Of a DNA stretch of 64,000 nucleotides, positions 1 through 8,252 are shown piece after piece; the stretch's first letter is position 1, and every line of letters starts with the position of its first letter. The stretch is taken from assembly GCA_019422485.1 (NCBI GenBank), contig JAHZDG010000003.1, positions 4,201 to 68,200 on the forward strand. The letters are read 5' to 3'. Under the pieces are notes generated by a model. The model was not told where the DNA came from and did not search any database. It worked only from the letters and a program-made list of their open reading frames with translations. The translations under genes and the position numbers were made by a program. Source of the DNA: Alistipes sp. (GTDB taxonomy: Bacteria; Bacteroidota; Bacteroidia; Bacteroidales; Rikenellaceae).

Positions 1-190
1 TGTTGAGATACTCCCCGGTAAGGATGGCCTGCTGCATATCTCCGAAATCGGCAACAAGCGTTACGAAAATATGGAAGAAACCGGCCTGAAAGAGGGTGAA
101 ATGATCCAAGTGAAACTCATTGGCATCGATCCCAAAAACGGCAAATTGAAACTTAGCCGCAAGGTACTCCTTAACGAACAGAAAAAATAG
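1..190 (+). CDS. pnp: polyribonucleotide nucleotidyltransferase (PNPase), C-terminal fragment; 5' end lies outside the window
   Basis: Frame 2 is open from the window edge to TAG at 188-190. The translation [62 protein letters not shown] is the S1 RNA-binding domain that terminates PNPase. The ORF is below the track size cut-off. Confidence 0.75.
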   Translation, partial: VEILPGKDGLLHISEIGNKRYENMEETGLKEGEMIQVKLIGIDPKNGKLKLSRKVLLNEQKK

Positions 191-281
191 AGGAGTAACG
201 GTTTCGAATCCTAATACGAAGAAGGGTAATCGCAGAAAATTGAAATAGTTGAAAAAAATTTTTAATTAAAAAATATATTTC

Positions 282-289
282 TATTTTTG
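282..289 (+). promoter_or_regulatory. Bacteroidota sigma-A -7 box (TAnnTTTG) upstream of the TPR lipoprotein gene
   Basis: TATTTTTG at 282-289 lies inside a very AT-rich 170-nt spacer, 72 nt upstream of the ATG at 361. Confidence 0.6.
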
Positions 290-360
290 TGGTTACCAAG
301 GTGTAACAGGAAGACCAAACAAAATATAATTAATTAACTTAAATTTTTAAAGCACTGATT

Positions 361-2046
361 ATGAAAAGGTTTTTCAAAGTAAGCTTGATGCTTGGTGCTG
401 CAGCAGTTCTGCTTTCGAGCTGTAATTGCTACAAAAAAATGACCAAGAAAGTGGACGACGTGAACATTACCGCTAATCCGGCCGTCCTCTCGCTGAAAGG
501 CAACACCGTATCGACGGATGTTACCGTAGATTTGCCCGCCAAGTACTACGACAAGAAAGCCGTACTGAAAATCACTCCGGTACTGGTATTCGAAGACGGT
601 GAAATCGTAGGTACCCCCAAATACGTTCAGGGCGAAAAGGTGAAAGACAACTACACCACCATCGCTAAAAAACAGGGCGGTAGCTACACTCAGACCATTA
701 CGTTCCCCTATGACGAACGTGCCGACCTGAGCACCCTCGAACTGCGCGTAGAAGCTAAATGCGCTAAAGGCAAACGCAGCGAATTCACTCCGATTGCCGT
801 GATTCCGATCGCTGAAGGTATCAGCACCATCCAGAAAATGGCTTGCTACACCGCTTCGATGTCGATCATGCCCGATAACTTCAAACGCGTGACCACCATC
901 TCTCAGGAAGCCGAAATCATGTACCTGATCAACCGCTCGAACGTACGTAAAGGCGAATTGACCAAGGATCAGATCAAAATGTTCGAAGATTTCGTGAAAG
1001 AATACTCGAACAAAGATCGCGCTACCCTGGGTAACGTTTACGCCAAAGGTTATGCTTCGCCTGACGGTCCCGTTGGTTTCAACGACAAACTGTCTAAAGA
1101 ACGTAGCGAAACCGGTTCTGCCGCTATCAAAAAACAACTCGAAGGTGTAATCGACGACAGCAAATACGATATCGCTGCCTACGGTGAAGACTGGGAAGGT
1201 TTCAAAGAACTGGTTGCCGCTTCGGATATCAAAGACAAAGACCTGATTCTGCAAGTACTGGCTATGTATGACAACCCGGTAAAACGCGACCAGGAAATCA
1301 AAAACATGTCTTCTGTATTCGATGTACTGGCTGAAGAAATCCTGCCGCAACTGCGTCGTACCAAATTGCAGGCTGACGTAGATATCGAAGGTCGTACCGA
1401 TGCCGAAATCAAAGCTGCTCTGGCTGGGAACGTAGACGTTCTGAGCGAAGAAGAAATGCTGTACTCGGCTACCCTGGTAGATGACACCGATTCTAAGATC
1501 AAAGCTTACAAAGCCGCTGCTACCAAATACAACAGCGCTCGTGGTTACAACAACATGGGTGTGATCCTGGCTCAAACCGGTAAGATCAACGAAGCTAAAC
1601 AGGCTATCGAAAAAGCTGCTACCCTGAGCCGTGACGCTGCCATCAGCAACAACCTCGGTGTACTGGCCCTGCTGTCTGGCGATACCGCTAAAGCTAAGAG
1701 CTATGTATCTTCGTTGAACACCGCTGACTCTCGTCAGACGATGGGTCTGATCAACCTGGCCGAAGGCAAATACGCTGAAGCTACCAAGACCCTGACCGGT
1801 TACAACCTGGCCGTAGCTGAAGTGCTGAACGGCAACCTGAGCAAAGCCAAATCGTTGCTGGCTAGCGAAAAATGCGCTAAAGCTGACTACCTGAAAGCTA
1901 TCATCGATATGCGTGAAGGTAACACCAACGGTGCTATCGCCAACCTGAAATCGGCTATCGCTAAAGACTCTTCACTGAAAGCCAAAGCTGCTAAAGACGT
2001 TGAATTCTCGAAACTCTTTGGTACGCCTGAATTCCAGGCTCTCTAA
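361..2046 (+). CDS. TPR-repeat lipoprotein with a central OmpA-like motif; probably abundant
   Basis: 561-aa ORF with a signal peptide and lipobox (AAAVLLSSC). A central GYASPDGPVGFNDKLSKERS motif resembles OmpA-type domains. The C-terminal half has Ala/Lys/Asn-rich TPR-like repeats. Codon usage (gct, ggt, cgt, ctg, C-ending two-fold codons) differs visibly from neighbouring genes. A strong terminator follows. Confidence 0.8.
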   Translation: MKRFFKVSLMLGAAAVLLSSCNCYKKMTKKVDDVNITANPAVLSLKGNTVSTDVTVDLPAKYYDKKAVLKITPVLVFEDGEIVGTPKYVQGEKVKDNYTTIAKKQGGSYTQTITFPYDERADLSTLELRVEAKCAKGKRSEFTPIAVIPIAEGISTIQKMACYTASMSIMPDNFKRVTTISQEAEIMYLINRSNVRKGELTKDQIKMFEDFVKEYSNKDRATLGNVYAKGYASPDGPVGFNDKLSKERSETGSAAIKKQLEGVIDDSKYDIAAYGEDWEGFKELVAASDIKDKDLILQVLAMYDNPVKRDQEIKNMSSVFDVLAEEILPQLRRTKLQADVDIEGRTDAEIKAALAGNVDVLSEEEMLYSATLVDDTDSKIKAYKAAATKYNSARGYNNMGVILAQTGKINEAKQAIEKAATLSRDAAISNNLGVLALLSGDTAKAKSYVSSLNTADSRQTMGLINLAEGKYAEATKTLTGYNLAVAEVLNGNLSKAKSLLASEKCAKADYLKAIIDMREGNTNGAIANLKSAIAKDSSLKAKAAKDVEFSKLFGTPEFQAL

Positions 2047-2063
2047 TCCTTAGCGAGTCATAT

Positions 2064-2097
2064 AAAAAAGCCGCCCTTTTACGGGGCGGCTTTTTTT
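2064..2097 (+). terminator. intrinsic terminator after the lipoprotein gene
   Basis: The arms aaaaagccgccc and gggcggcttttt form the stem around a 7-nt loop, followed by a T-run. Confidence 0.85.
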
Positions 2098-2390
2098 GTT
2101 TTATCATTTAATGAAATGTGCTTGACCGAGGATGGGTCGGCTTGAAGAAAGTGCCGGTGTGGTCGGAGACTATCATTGGGATGGGGAAACAACTAAGGTG
2201 ATTAGTAACACCTGAGTAGCGAGAAAACTCGGAAAAGAAAGATTTGAAAATCCATGTGAACAGCACGGGAGAGGAATATGTGAGATTAGAAAGTATCTCT
2301 TTCTTTTGGAGACGGGTAAATGCCTCTATTTCTTGTGCGATTTTACGGTTTTTTGTGTATCTTAGCCTAACTGTATAATTTTTGAAAGGG

Positions 2391-3224
2391 ATGACAACCG
2401 CCGAACGCTATCAACATATTACCGAATGGTTTCGCATACATATGCCTGATGTGGGTAGTGAACTTCATTACCACAATGCTTTTGAATTGTTGGTGGCGGT
2501 GATTTTGTCAGCCCAATGCACCGATAAGCGGGTCAATATGGTGACGCCGGCGTTGATGGATCGTTTCCCAACCCCTCGACATATGGCCGAGGTCGAACCT
2601 GAAGATGTCTATCCATATATCAAAAGTGTGTCGTATCCCAATAGCAAGGCTCAACACTTGGTGGGGATGGCTCGTAAGTTAGTATCTGATTTCGGTGGCG
2701 AGGTGCCGGAAGATTTGGAGGCTCTGCAGACACTGCCCGGAGTGGGGCGGAAAACGGCCAATGTGATGGGCATCGTTATGTTCGGAAAATCGGTCATGCC
2801 GGTCGATACCCATGTTTTTCGGGTGTCCGACCGTTTGGGGCTGACCACCGGGGCGAAAAATCCGTTGCAAGCCGAGCAGCAATTAACCGCTGGTTTTGCC
2901 CCGGAATGGTTGCCGTTGGCTCATCATTGGTTGATTCTCCATGGACGCTATGTTTGTCTGGCGCGTAAACCGCATTGCGAAGCCTGTGGTCTGACTCCCT
3001 GGTGCCGTTATTATGCGGCTACAGAGCAAGTGCAGCCAAAGCAAATGAAAACGAAAACTTCCTCTATTGTTTCGTCCTCCACCAAAAAGAAAGCTAAAAC
3101 GGTGAAAAGTCGACTTTCGGGGAAAGGTGCGGCGTCAGGTTCAGCCCCTGCGAAGGCCGATGCTGTGGCAAAAACCTCAGGAAAAACCGCTCGAAAATCG
3201 ACGGCGAAGTCCGGAGAAAAATAG
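2391..3224 (+). CDS. nth: endonuclease III (DNA glycosylase/AP lyase) with a Lys/Ala/Ser-rich C-terminal tail
   Basis: Motifs seen: AVILSAQCTDKRVN, the HhH motif LQTLPGVGRKTANV, VDTHVFRVSDRLGL, and the Fe-S cluster loop CLARKPHCEACGLTPWC (C-x6-C-x2-C-x5-C). The first ATG is at 2391; the track start at 2382 is a TTG. Confidence 0.9.
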   Translation: MTTAERYQHITEWFRIHMPDVGSELHYHNAFELLVAVILSAQCTDKRVNMVTPALMDRFPTPRHMAEVEPEDVYPYIKSVSYPNSKAQHLVGMARKLVSDFGGEVPEDLEALQTLPGVGRKTANVMGIVMFGKSVMPVDTHVFRVSDRLGLTTGAKNPLQAEQQLTAGFAPEWLPLAHHWLILHGRYVCLARKPHCEACGLTPWCRYYAATEQVQPKQMKTKTSSIVSSSTKKKAKTVKSRLSGKGAASGSAPAKADAVAKTSGKTARKSTAKSGEK

Positions 3225-3248
3225 TGTTCCATCCTTTGTTTTGAGCCT

Positions 3249-4727
3249 ATGTTCGGATATCGTTTTGGGGTATGGTTGCTGGGTATAGGGGGGCTGGCTG
3301 TCTCGTGCAGTGAGTCTCCTTCTCCGATTCCTGGCCCGGGGAATAATACCGCCAATCAGTGGATATTCGAACAGATGTCCGAGCATTATCTCTATAATGA
3401 ACGCATCGAGACGTTGGCCGACACCGATTATTCCCTTTCAAGTCAGGCTTTCTTTACCTCGTTGCTCAGTACCCATCCGGATGATAATGACGGAAAACAT
3501 CCTCATCCGGTTACCGGTAAGGATTATTTTTACTCCTATATGAGTGCCGGGCAATCGACCCGGGTCATTGGAAGCAATGTATTTAGTTATGGGATCGAGT
3601 ATCAGTTGTATCAGTTCGATACCGAGACCGCTCTGCTTCGGGTGTTGTATGTGGCTCGGGGATCGGTGGCCGAACAGGCCGGGGTACGTCGTGGGGACTG
3701 GATCTCGAAACTGGGGGAGGAGGCGGTTTCTTCTGCCAACTATCGTCGGGCACAGAACGGAGGTTCGTTAACCTTGACGCTCGGACAGCGTGATTATAAT
3801 GCATCCGGTCAATGGACTTGGTGTGAAGGCAGTCCTCGTACGGTGACGCTGTCGTCGGCGACTCTTTTGGAAAATTCGCCGGTTTATGAGGTGGAGGGTC
3901 CGGATCAGTTGGGTATGCCGGGTGTGGGTTATCTGGCCTATAATGAATTTAATACCGGTCCGGGCGGGTATAATGACAAGTCCTTCGACAATGAATTGAA
4001 AAAGGCTTTCGCCGATTTGAAAAGCCAAAATATCCAGGAGTTGATTCTTGACTTGCGCTATAATGTGGGGGGATATGCGGAATGTGCCCGTTTGTTGGGC
4101 AGTCTGATTGTGCCGGAGATGAATCTTGGGAAGGTGTTCGCCATCAATAAATATAATGAGAACCGCAAAAAGGCTGGAGAGAGTCCGCAGACCGAATATT
4201 TCTTGACAAAAAGCGAGGTAGGAACCTCGAATTTGAATCTGTCACGACTCTGGGTGATTATCGGATCGCATACGGCCTCGGCTAGTGAACTGTTGATCAA
4301 TGCCTTGTCTCCTTATATGGATGTCGTGACCGTGGGAAGTACCTCGGAAGGGAAAAATGTGGGAATGTATGAGATTTCCAGTTCACAATACGGACTGTCG
4401 CTCTATCCGGTGACCTTCCAGTCGTATAACTGTTTAAATGAATCCGACTACAAAAACGGCTTCACTCCGAGATACCCGAAGGATGAACTTTTTACGTTGC
4501 GTGAATCCTATCTCCCGATGAAAGACTTGGGCGATCCTCAAGAGTTGTTGTTGTCCTATGTCTTGTCGTTGTTAGGAAAAAATGACCTTCAGACGCAAAC
4601 CCTTACGCGAAGTCGTGCGAATCTCTCTTCGGGTTCGATTCCTCGCGTGATCGAAACCCGATCTTCGATTGATGATCGACCTTTCCAAGGTATGCTGGAA
4701 CCCATGCCGGCCTGCTTTGGTCGTTAA
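3249..4727 (+). CDS. S41 family C-terminal processing peptidase, lipoprotein
   Basis: Lipobox GGLAVSC, a PDZ-like segment (GVRRGDWISKLGEE), and S41 core motifs LILDLRYNVGGY and GSHTASASELLINAL. Confidence 0.8.
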   Translation: MFGYRFGVWLLGIGGLAVSCSESPSPIPGPGNNTANQWIFEQMSEHYLYNERIETLADTDYSLSSQAFFTSLLSTHPDDNDGKHPHPVTGKDYFYSYMSAGQSTRVIGSNVFSYGIEYQLYQFDTETALLRVLYVARGSVAEQAGVRRGDWISKLGEEAVSSANYRRAQNGGSLTLTLGQRDYNASGQWTWCEGSPRTVTLSSATLLENSPVYEVEGPDQLGMPGVGYLAYNEFNTGPGGYNDKSFDNELKKAFADLKSQNIQELILDLRYNVGGYAECARLLGSLIVPEMNLGKVFAINKYNENRKKAGESPQTEYFLTKSEVGTSNLNLSRLWVIIGSHTASASELLINALSPYMDVVTVGSTSEGKNVGMYEISSSQYGLSLYPVTFQSYNCLNESDYKNGFTPRYPKDELFTLRESYLPMKDLGDPQELLLSYVLSLLGKNDLQTQTLTRSRANLSSGSIPRVIETRSSIDDRPFQGMLEPMPACFGR

Positions 4728-4755
4728 ATAATGTTTTACCTAATCGTTTCCTCCC

Positions 4756-5592
4756 ATGATTCTTCCCGAAACCCGATTGATCTGTTTTTCTCCGACGCTG
4801 ACCTCGCTGAAAGTGGGGAAAGCTATTGTGAAGGGGGTTGGTGCCGAACGTAATACGACGCTCGATCTGACCCGGACCGCTCAAGAAGATGAAATCGTCC
4901 TGCCGGCAGACATGTTGGCGGTGATTGCCGTACCCGTTTATGGCGGGAAAGTGGCTCCGACAGCCTTTGTGCGCTTGCAGCGCCTGCGGGCTCAAGGTAC
5001 TCCGGCGGTGTTGGTGGTCGTGTATGGCAATCGGGATTATGACGGGGCTTTGCGTGAACTGGACGATCTGGCCCGAGTGTTGGGTTTTGTGCCCGTAGCG
5101 GCAGCGACGTTTGTGGGGGAACACTCGTATAGTACGTCTCAATGGCCGGTGGCTGCCGGTCGCCCCGATAATCACGATCTGGAGCAAGCGACCCAGTTTG
5201 GACAGGCTGTTCGGAAAAAATTGGAGGGAATCACCTCTCTGGCCGATATGCCGGCGTTGCAGGTGGCCCGCATTCAGCGTCCCCGTCAACCGTTTTTGGC
5301 CCGTTTCCGGTTTATTCGGGATGTGGTGCGTCTGCGTCGTAGCGGAAAGCCCATGCCTCAGGTGCCAGCGGTCGATCCGGAACGTTGTACGCATTGCGGA
5401 GCCTGTGTACGGTTGTGTCCGGTCGGTGCCATCGCTCCCGGGGACGAATTGAATACCGATGCCTCGATCTGTATTCGTTGTTGTGCTTGTGTCAAGGGAT
5501 GTCCCATGGAAGCCCGCCAATTTGATACCCCGTTCAGTCGGATTCTCTCGACTCGCTTCCCGGAACAGAAGCAAAATCAGACGTTGTTGTGA
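4756..5592 (+). CDS. flavodoxin-like domain fused to a 2x[4Fe-4S] ferredoxin domain (EFR1-type ferredoxin)
   Basis: The N-terminus ICFSPTLTSLKVGKAI is flavodoxin-like. Two cluster motifs are present: CTHCGACVRLCP and CIRCCACVKGCP. Confidence 0.7.
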   Translation: MILPETRLICFSPTLTSLKVGKAIVKGVGAERNTTLDLTRTAQEDEIVLPADMLAVIAVPVYGGKVAPTAFVRLQRLRAQGTPAVLVVVYGNRDYDGALRELDDLARVLGFVPVAAATFVGEHSYSTSQWPVAAGRPDNHDLEQATQFGQAVRKKLEGITSLADMPALQVARIQRPRQPFLARFRFIRDVVRLRRSGKPMPQVPAVDPERCTHCGACVRLCPVGAIAPGDELNTDASICIRCCACVKGCPMEARQFDTPFSRILSTRFPEQKQNQTLL

Positions 5593-5594
5593 TC

Positions 5595-5617
5595 ACAAAG
5601 ACCGATCGGGTCTTTGT
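5595..5617 (+). terminator. hairpin directly after the ferredoxin gene (candidate terminator without a T-run)
   Basis: acaaagacc / ggtctttgt form a 9-bp stem with a 5-nt loop, 3 nt after the stop codon. Confidence 0.4.
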
Positions 5618-5903
5618 CGTGCTGGATCCAAAGAAGGCCGGAGAACGCGCCGTTCTCCGAAAGGGAGGCATATGGGGTTTGCGAAGAGCGCGATTGCCGA
5701 TGGGAAACGGGTGCAATGACGCAGAAAACAGAGGGGGTGGGTGTCCGGCAAAGTAAAAAGGAGTCGTAGAGGTACGATCAGAATTCCTTTCGAAGGAACT
5801 GTGCGGGGTGGAGAATGGCGCTTCAGGATCGAGAAATTGGAAGGAACGTGTTTTTATTTCGTCGCTTTCTTCTTACCTTTATCCCATTAATTTCGATACG
5901 ATC

Positions 5904-7013
5904 ATGTTCCCTGCCGAAAAATACCTCCAGTTACGGGCCCTTCTGTCGGATGGCCCCAAGAAAATCGCGTTGCTTTGTCATACCAATCCGGATGGCGATA
6001 CCATCGGTGCCGCTCTGGCTTGGCGAAGCTATTTGGAACGACTGGGACATACGACCTGCTGCATCGCTCCGAACCGTTATCCCTATTTCCTGGAATGGAT
6101 GACCGATATTGCGCATATCGGCGTTTTTAAGGAAGATCATGACGGAGCGTTGGCTCGCTTCGTGGAGAGCGCGGATATTATTTTCGCCATGGACTTCAAT
6201 CAGATCGGACGGCTGGACCGCCTCACGGAGACGGTCATGGCCAATCAGCAAGCCACTTGGGTGTTGATCGACCACCACCTTTATCCGCCTTTGGAAGAGT
6301 ATTCGCTGGCTTTTTCCGACCCGACCGCTTGCTCGACCTCGTATATCATCTATCATATGATTACCACTCTGGCCGGAGAAGAGGCCATCACGAAAGCCAT
6401 CGCAGAGTCGCTCTATGTGGGTATGATGACCGATACGGGGAACTTCTCGTTCAGTAACCTGACTTCGGGGGTGTTCCGGGCTGCGGCTACGCTGATCGAT
6501 AAGGGCGTGAACGTGCCGTATGTCAACAGCGCCGTCTATAATAATTTCTCGGAAAGCCGCATGCGTCTGTTGGGGTATGTGTTGCATGAAAAGATGGTGA
6601 CGCGCTATCAATACGGGGTCGCTTATGTAGGATTGACCGAAGAGGAAATGCGCCGTTTCGATTTCAAACAGGGTGACAGCGAAGGATTCGTGAATTTCCC
6701 GTTGTCGATTCGGGCTATCCGGATGTCGGCCATGTTCATTGAAACAAAACATGGTATTCGAGTGTCGTTGCGTTCGCGGGGAGATGTGGATGTCAATGTG
6801 TTTGCGCGTCGATACTTTGAGGGCGGCGGTCATCGCAATGCAGCCGGCGGAAAATCCTATGTCTCAATGCCGGAAACGATCGCCCGTTTCGAAAAAGCCA
6901 TTGCCGAATATTTCGGGGAAGTCTCTCCGGTGGTGCCGGCCCGTTCTTTCGAAGCGGAAGAACAGGCCATTGCCCATGAAGGCCGGATCGAATCGGAAAA
7001 AACGGAGGCCTGA
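5904..7013 (+). CDS. nrnA: DHH/DHHA1 family phosphoesterase (NrnA-like oligoribonuclease / pAp phosphatase)
   Basis: Motifs HTNPDGDTIGAALA, IDHH and GGGHRNAAGG. The track start at 5808 is a GTG. ATG 5904 (MFPAEKYLQL...) fits the family N-terminus. Confidence 0.8.
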   Translation: MFPAEKYLQLRALLSDGPKKIALLCHTNPDGDTIGAALAWRSYLERLGHTTCCIAPNRYPYFLEWMTDIAHIGVFKEDHDGALARFVESADIIFAMDFNQIGRLDRLTETVMANQQATWVLIDHHLYPPLEEYSLAFSDPTACSTSYIIYHMITTLAGEEAITKAIAESLYVGMMTDTGNFSFSNLTSGVFRAAATLIDKGVNVPYVNSAVYNNFSESRMRLLGYVLHEKMVTRYQYGVAYVGLTEEEMRRFDFKQGDSEGFVNFPLSIRAIRMSAMFIETKHGIRVSLRSRGDVDVNVFARRYFEGGGHRNAAGGKSYVSMPETIARFEKAIAEYFGEVSPVVPARSFEAEEQAIAHEGRIESEKTEA

Positions 7014-7222
7014 TCCGGTTTGTGGACTTCCTGTGGGCGAAGGGGCTTCTCTGTGGCTGAAACGGCTCCGGAAGGGTGAGAATGGTCCCGGATAGAGGGG
7101 GGAGTGGAAGCTGTCCGGTGGTCTCGGGGAGAGATGGAATGTTGCTGTCTGAGCGAATCGCATACGAAGCAGGGGGCGAAAATCGTTTGATACAAAAGGC
7201 CGGTCACCTGGTGTCAGACAAG

Positions 7223-7921
7223 ATGTATTCTGACGAGGATCTGTTAATATATCGCAGCGTGAAACCTATTTTATCGATATCCTCTTTGTTCGCAACCATC
7301 GGGAGGTACTGTTCCGAGGTGTTGCGGAAGCTCTATCCGCCTGCCAACAAAACGTTCGTGTATGAACGGGACCGGCGTTGTCGGCGGATTACGTGGGGCG
7401 TGACGATCGGGTTGATCGTTATCTTTGCAGCCATGATGCTGCTGTCGAGCCAACAGTATTTTCCGGCTTGGCTGATCTTTTTTGTGTTGAGTATCATTGC
7501 TTTGGAGGTGCTGTCGATTCCCCGTTTCATTACCTTGAACGATGAGGCTTTGGAAATCCACTGCGTGGTGGATCTGACGCGTATCCATGTCGAGGATATT
7601 GAGTCAATTCGACGGATTGGTCGGGAAGAGTTCCGCCGTCTGACGCCTTTGATGGGAAGTTATGGCTTCGGCGGCTATTTCGGCTATTATTTCGATTTTT
7701 CCAGTTGGAATTTCTATAAACTCTATGCCACCGAACGGAAACATCTGGTCCTCATTGAGGATATTTATGAAGATGCCTATATCGTGAGTTGCTCCGATCC
7801 TGATGCGTTGGTGGCGAAGGCCATTCTGGCCCGCGATCGGAAACGGGAAGAGATCTTTCGCGCTTCGATGAAAAACGAACGGCGAAACACGAGCTCTACG
7901 GCCGATTTCTTGGAGTCTTAA
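7223..7921 (+). CDS. membrane protein with a bacterial PH-like domain
   Basis: Two hydrophobic helices (ITWGVTIGLIVIFAAMMLL and AWLIFFVLSIIALEVL) are followed by GSYGFGGYFGYYFDFSSWNFYKLYATERKHLVLIED, which is typical of bPH-type domains. Start chosen at ATG 7223; the upstream part of the track ORF looks non-coding. Confidence 0.5.
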   Translation: MYSDEDLLIYRSVKPILSISSLFATIGRYCSEVLRKLYPPANKTFVYERDRRCRRITWGVTIGLIVIFAAMMLLSSQQYFPAWLIFFVLSIIALEVLSIPRFITLNDEALEIHCVVDLTRIHVEDIESIRRIGREEFRRLTPLMGSYGFGGYFGYYFDFSSWNFYKLYATERKHLVLIEDIYEDAYIVSCSDPDALVAKAILARDRKREEIFRASMKNERRNTSSTADFLES

Positions 7922-7945
7922 TCATCGGTAAGCGGAAATTTTTCG

Positions 7946-7953
7946 TATTTTTG
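7946..7953 (+). promoter_or_regulatory. TAnnTTTG -7 box about 300 nt upstream of the aconitase start
   Basis: TATTTTTG at 7946-7953. No other perfect box was seen closer to ATG 8253. Confidence 0.45.
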
Positions 7954-8252
7954 CAACTGATGGAAAAATAACATCAGTGAGCAATATTTAACAAGCTTGC
8001 ACCAGTGAAGGGCCTTGTCGGCAACGATGGTCCCAAACGATCGGGGGGAGGGCCATGGTGTGAAGAATGACCTGTGTGTCTTTACGCTGTGAGAGTTTGC
8101 TGCTTCTTTGAGAAATGAAAACAGGGTTCATCTCATGAACCGCTGAGAGAATGAAATTCCAAAGGAGCGGTGAGAGCCTGATGGGAAACATAACCGAAGA
8201 GGAAAAGAAAAACAGAAAAGCTTTTCCTCGGATTTCAATAAAATTTTACGAG

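Noticed and set aside
200-211. The sequence ggtttcgaatcc resembles a tRNA T-arm/T-loop (GGTTCGAATCC).
   Set aside because: It has an extra T, no acceptor, D or anticodon arms can be built from the flanks, and it lies 10 nt after the pnp stop codon. I found no tRNA gene anywhere in the window.
2288-2307. Orphan terminator-like hairpin (agaaag-tatct-ctttct followed by ttt) in the 345-nt spacer upstream of nth, which could hint at a small RNA spanning 2100-2307.
   Set aside because: No promoter box is found between the lipoprotein terminator and the hairpin, and the stem is only 6 bp of A/T-rich sequence. The evidence is not enough to call an sRNA.
5808-5903. N-terminal extensions in the supplied track for several genes: 5808, 7076, 8151, 18867 (argS), 18632 (dusB), 24475, 32029, 38482 (ftsZ), 44190 (fabI), 44217 and 46087.
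   Set aside because: The extended parts lack family similarity, overlap promoter boxes or the neighbouring divergent gene, and often begin at GTG or TTG. Internal ATG starts (GTG for dusB) reproduce the canonical N-termini and protein lengths.
8120-8210. TPP-riboswitch-like fragments (GCTGAGAGA … GCCTGATGGGAAAC) in the aconitase leader.
   Set aside because: The GGGG/ACCC P2 pairing and the pyrophosphate-sensing helix consensus are missing. A thiamine-responsive aconitase also has no biological rationale. The region is kept only as an unexplained structured leader.
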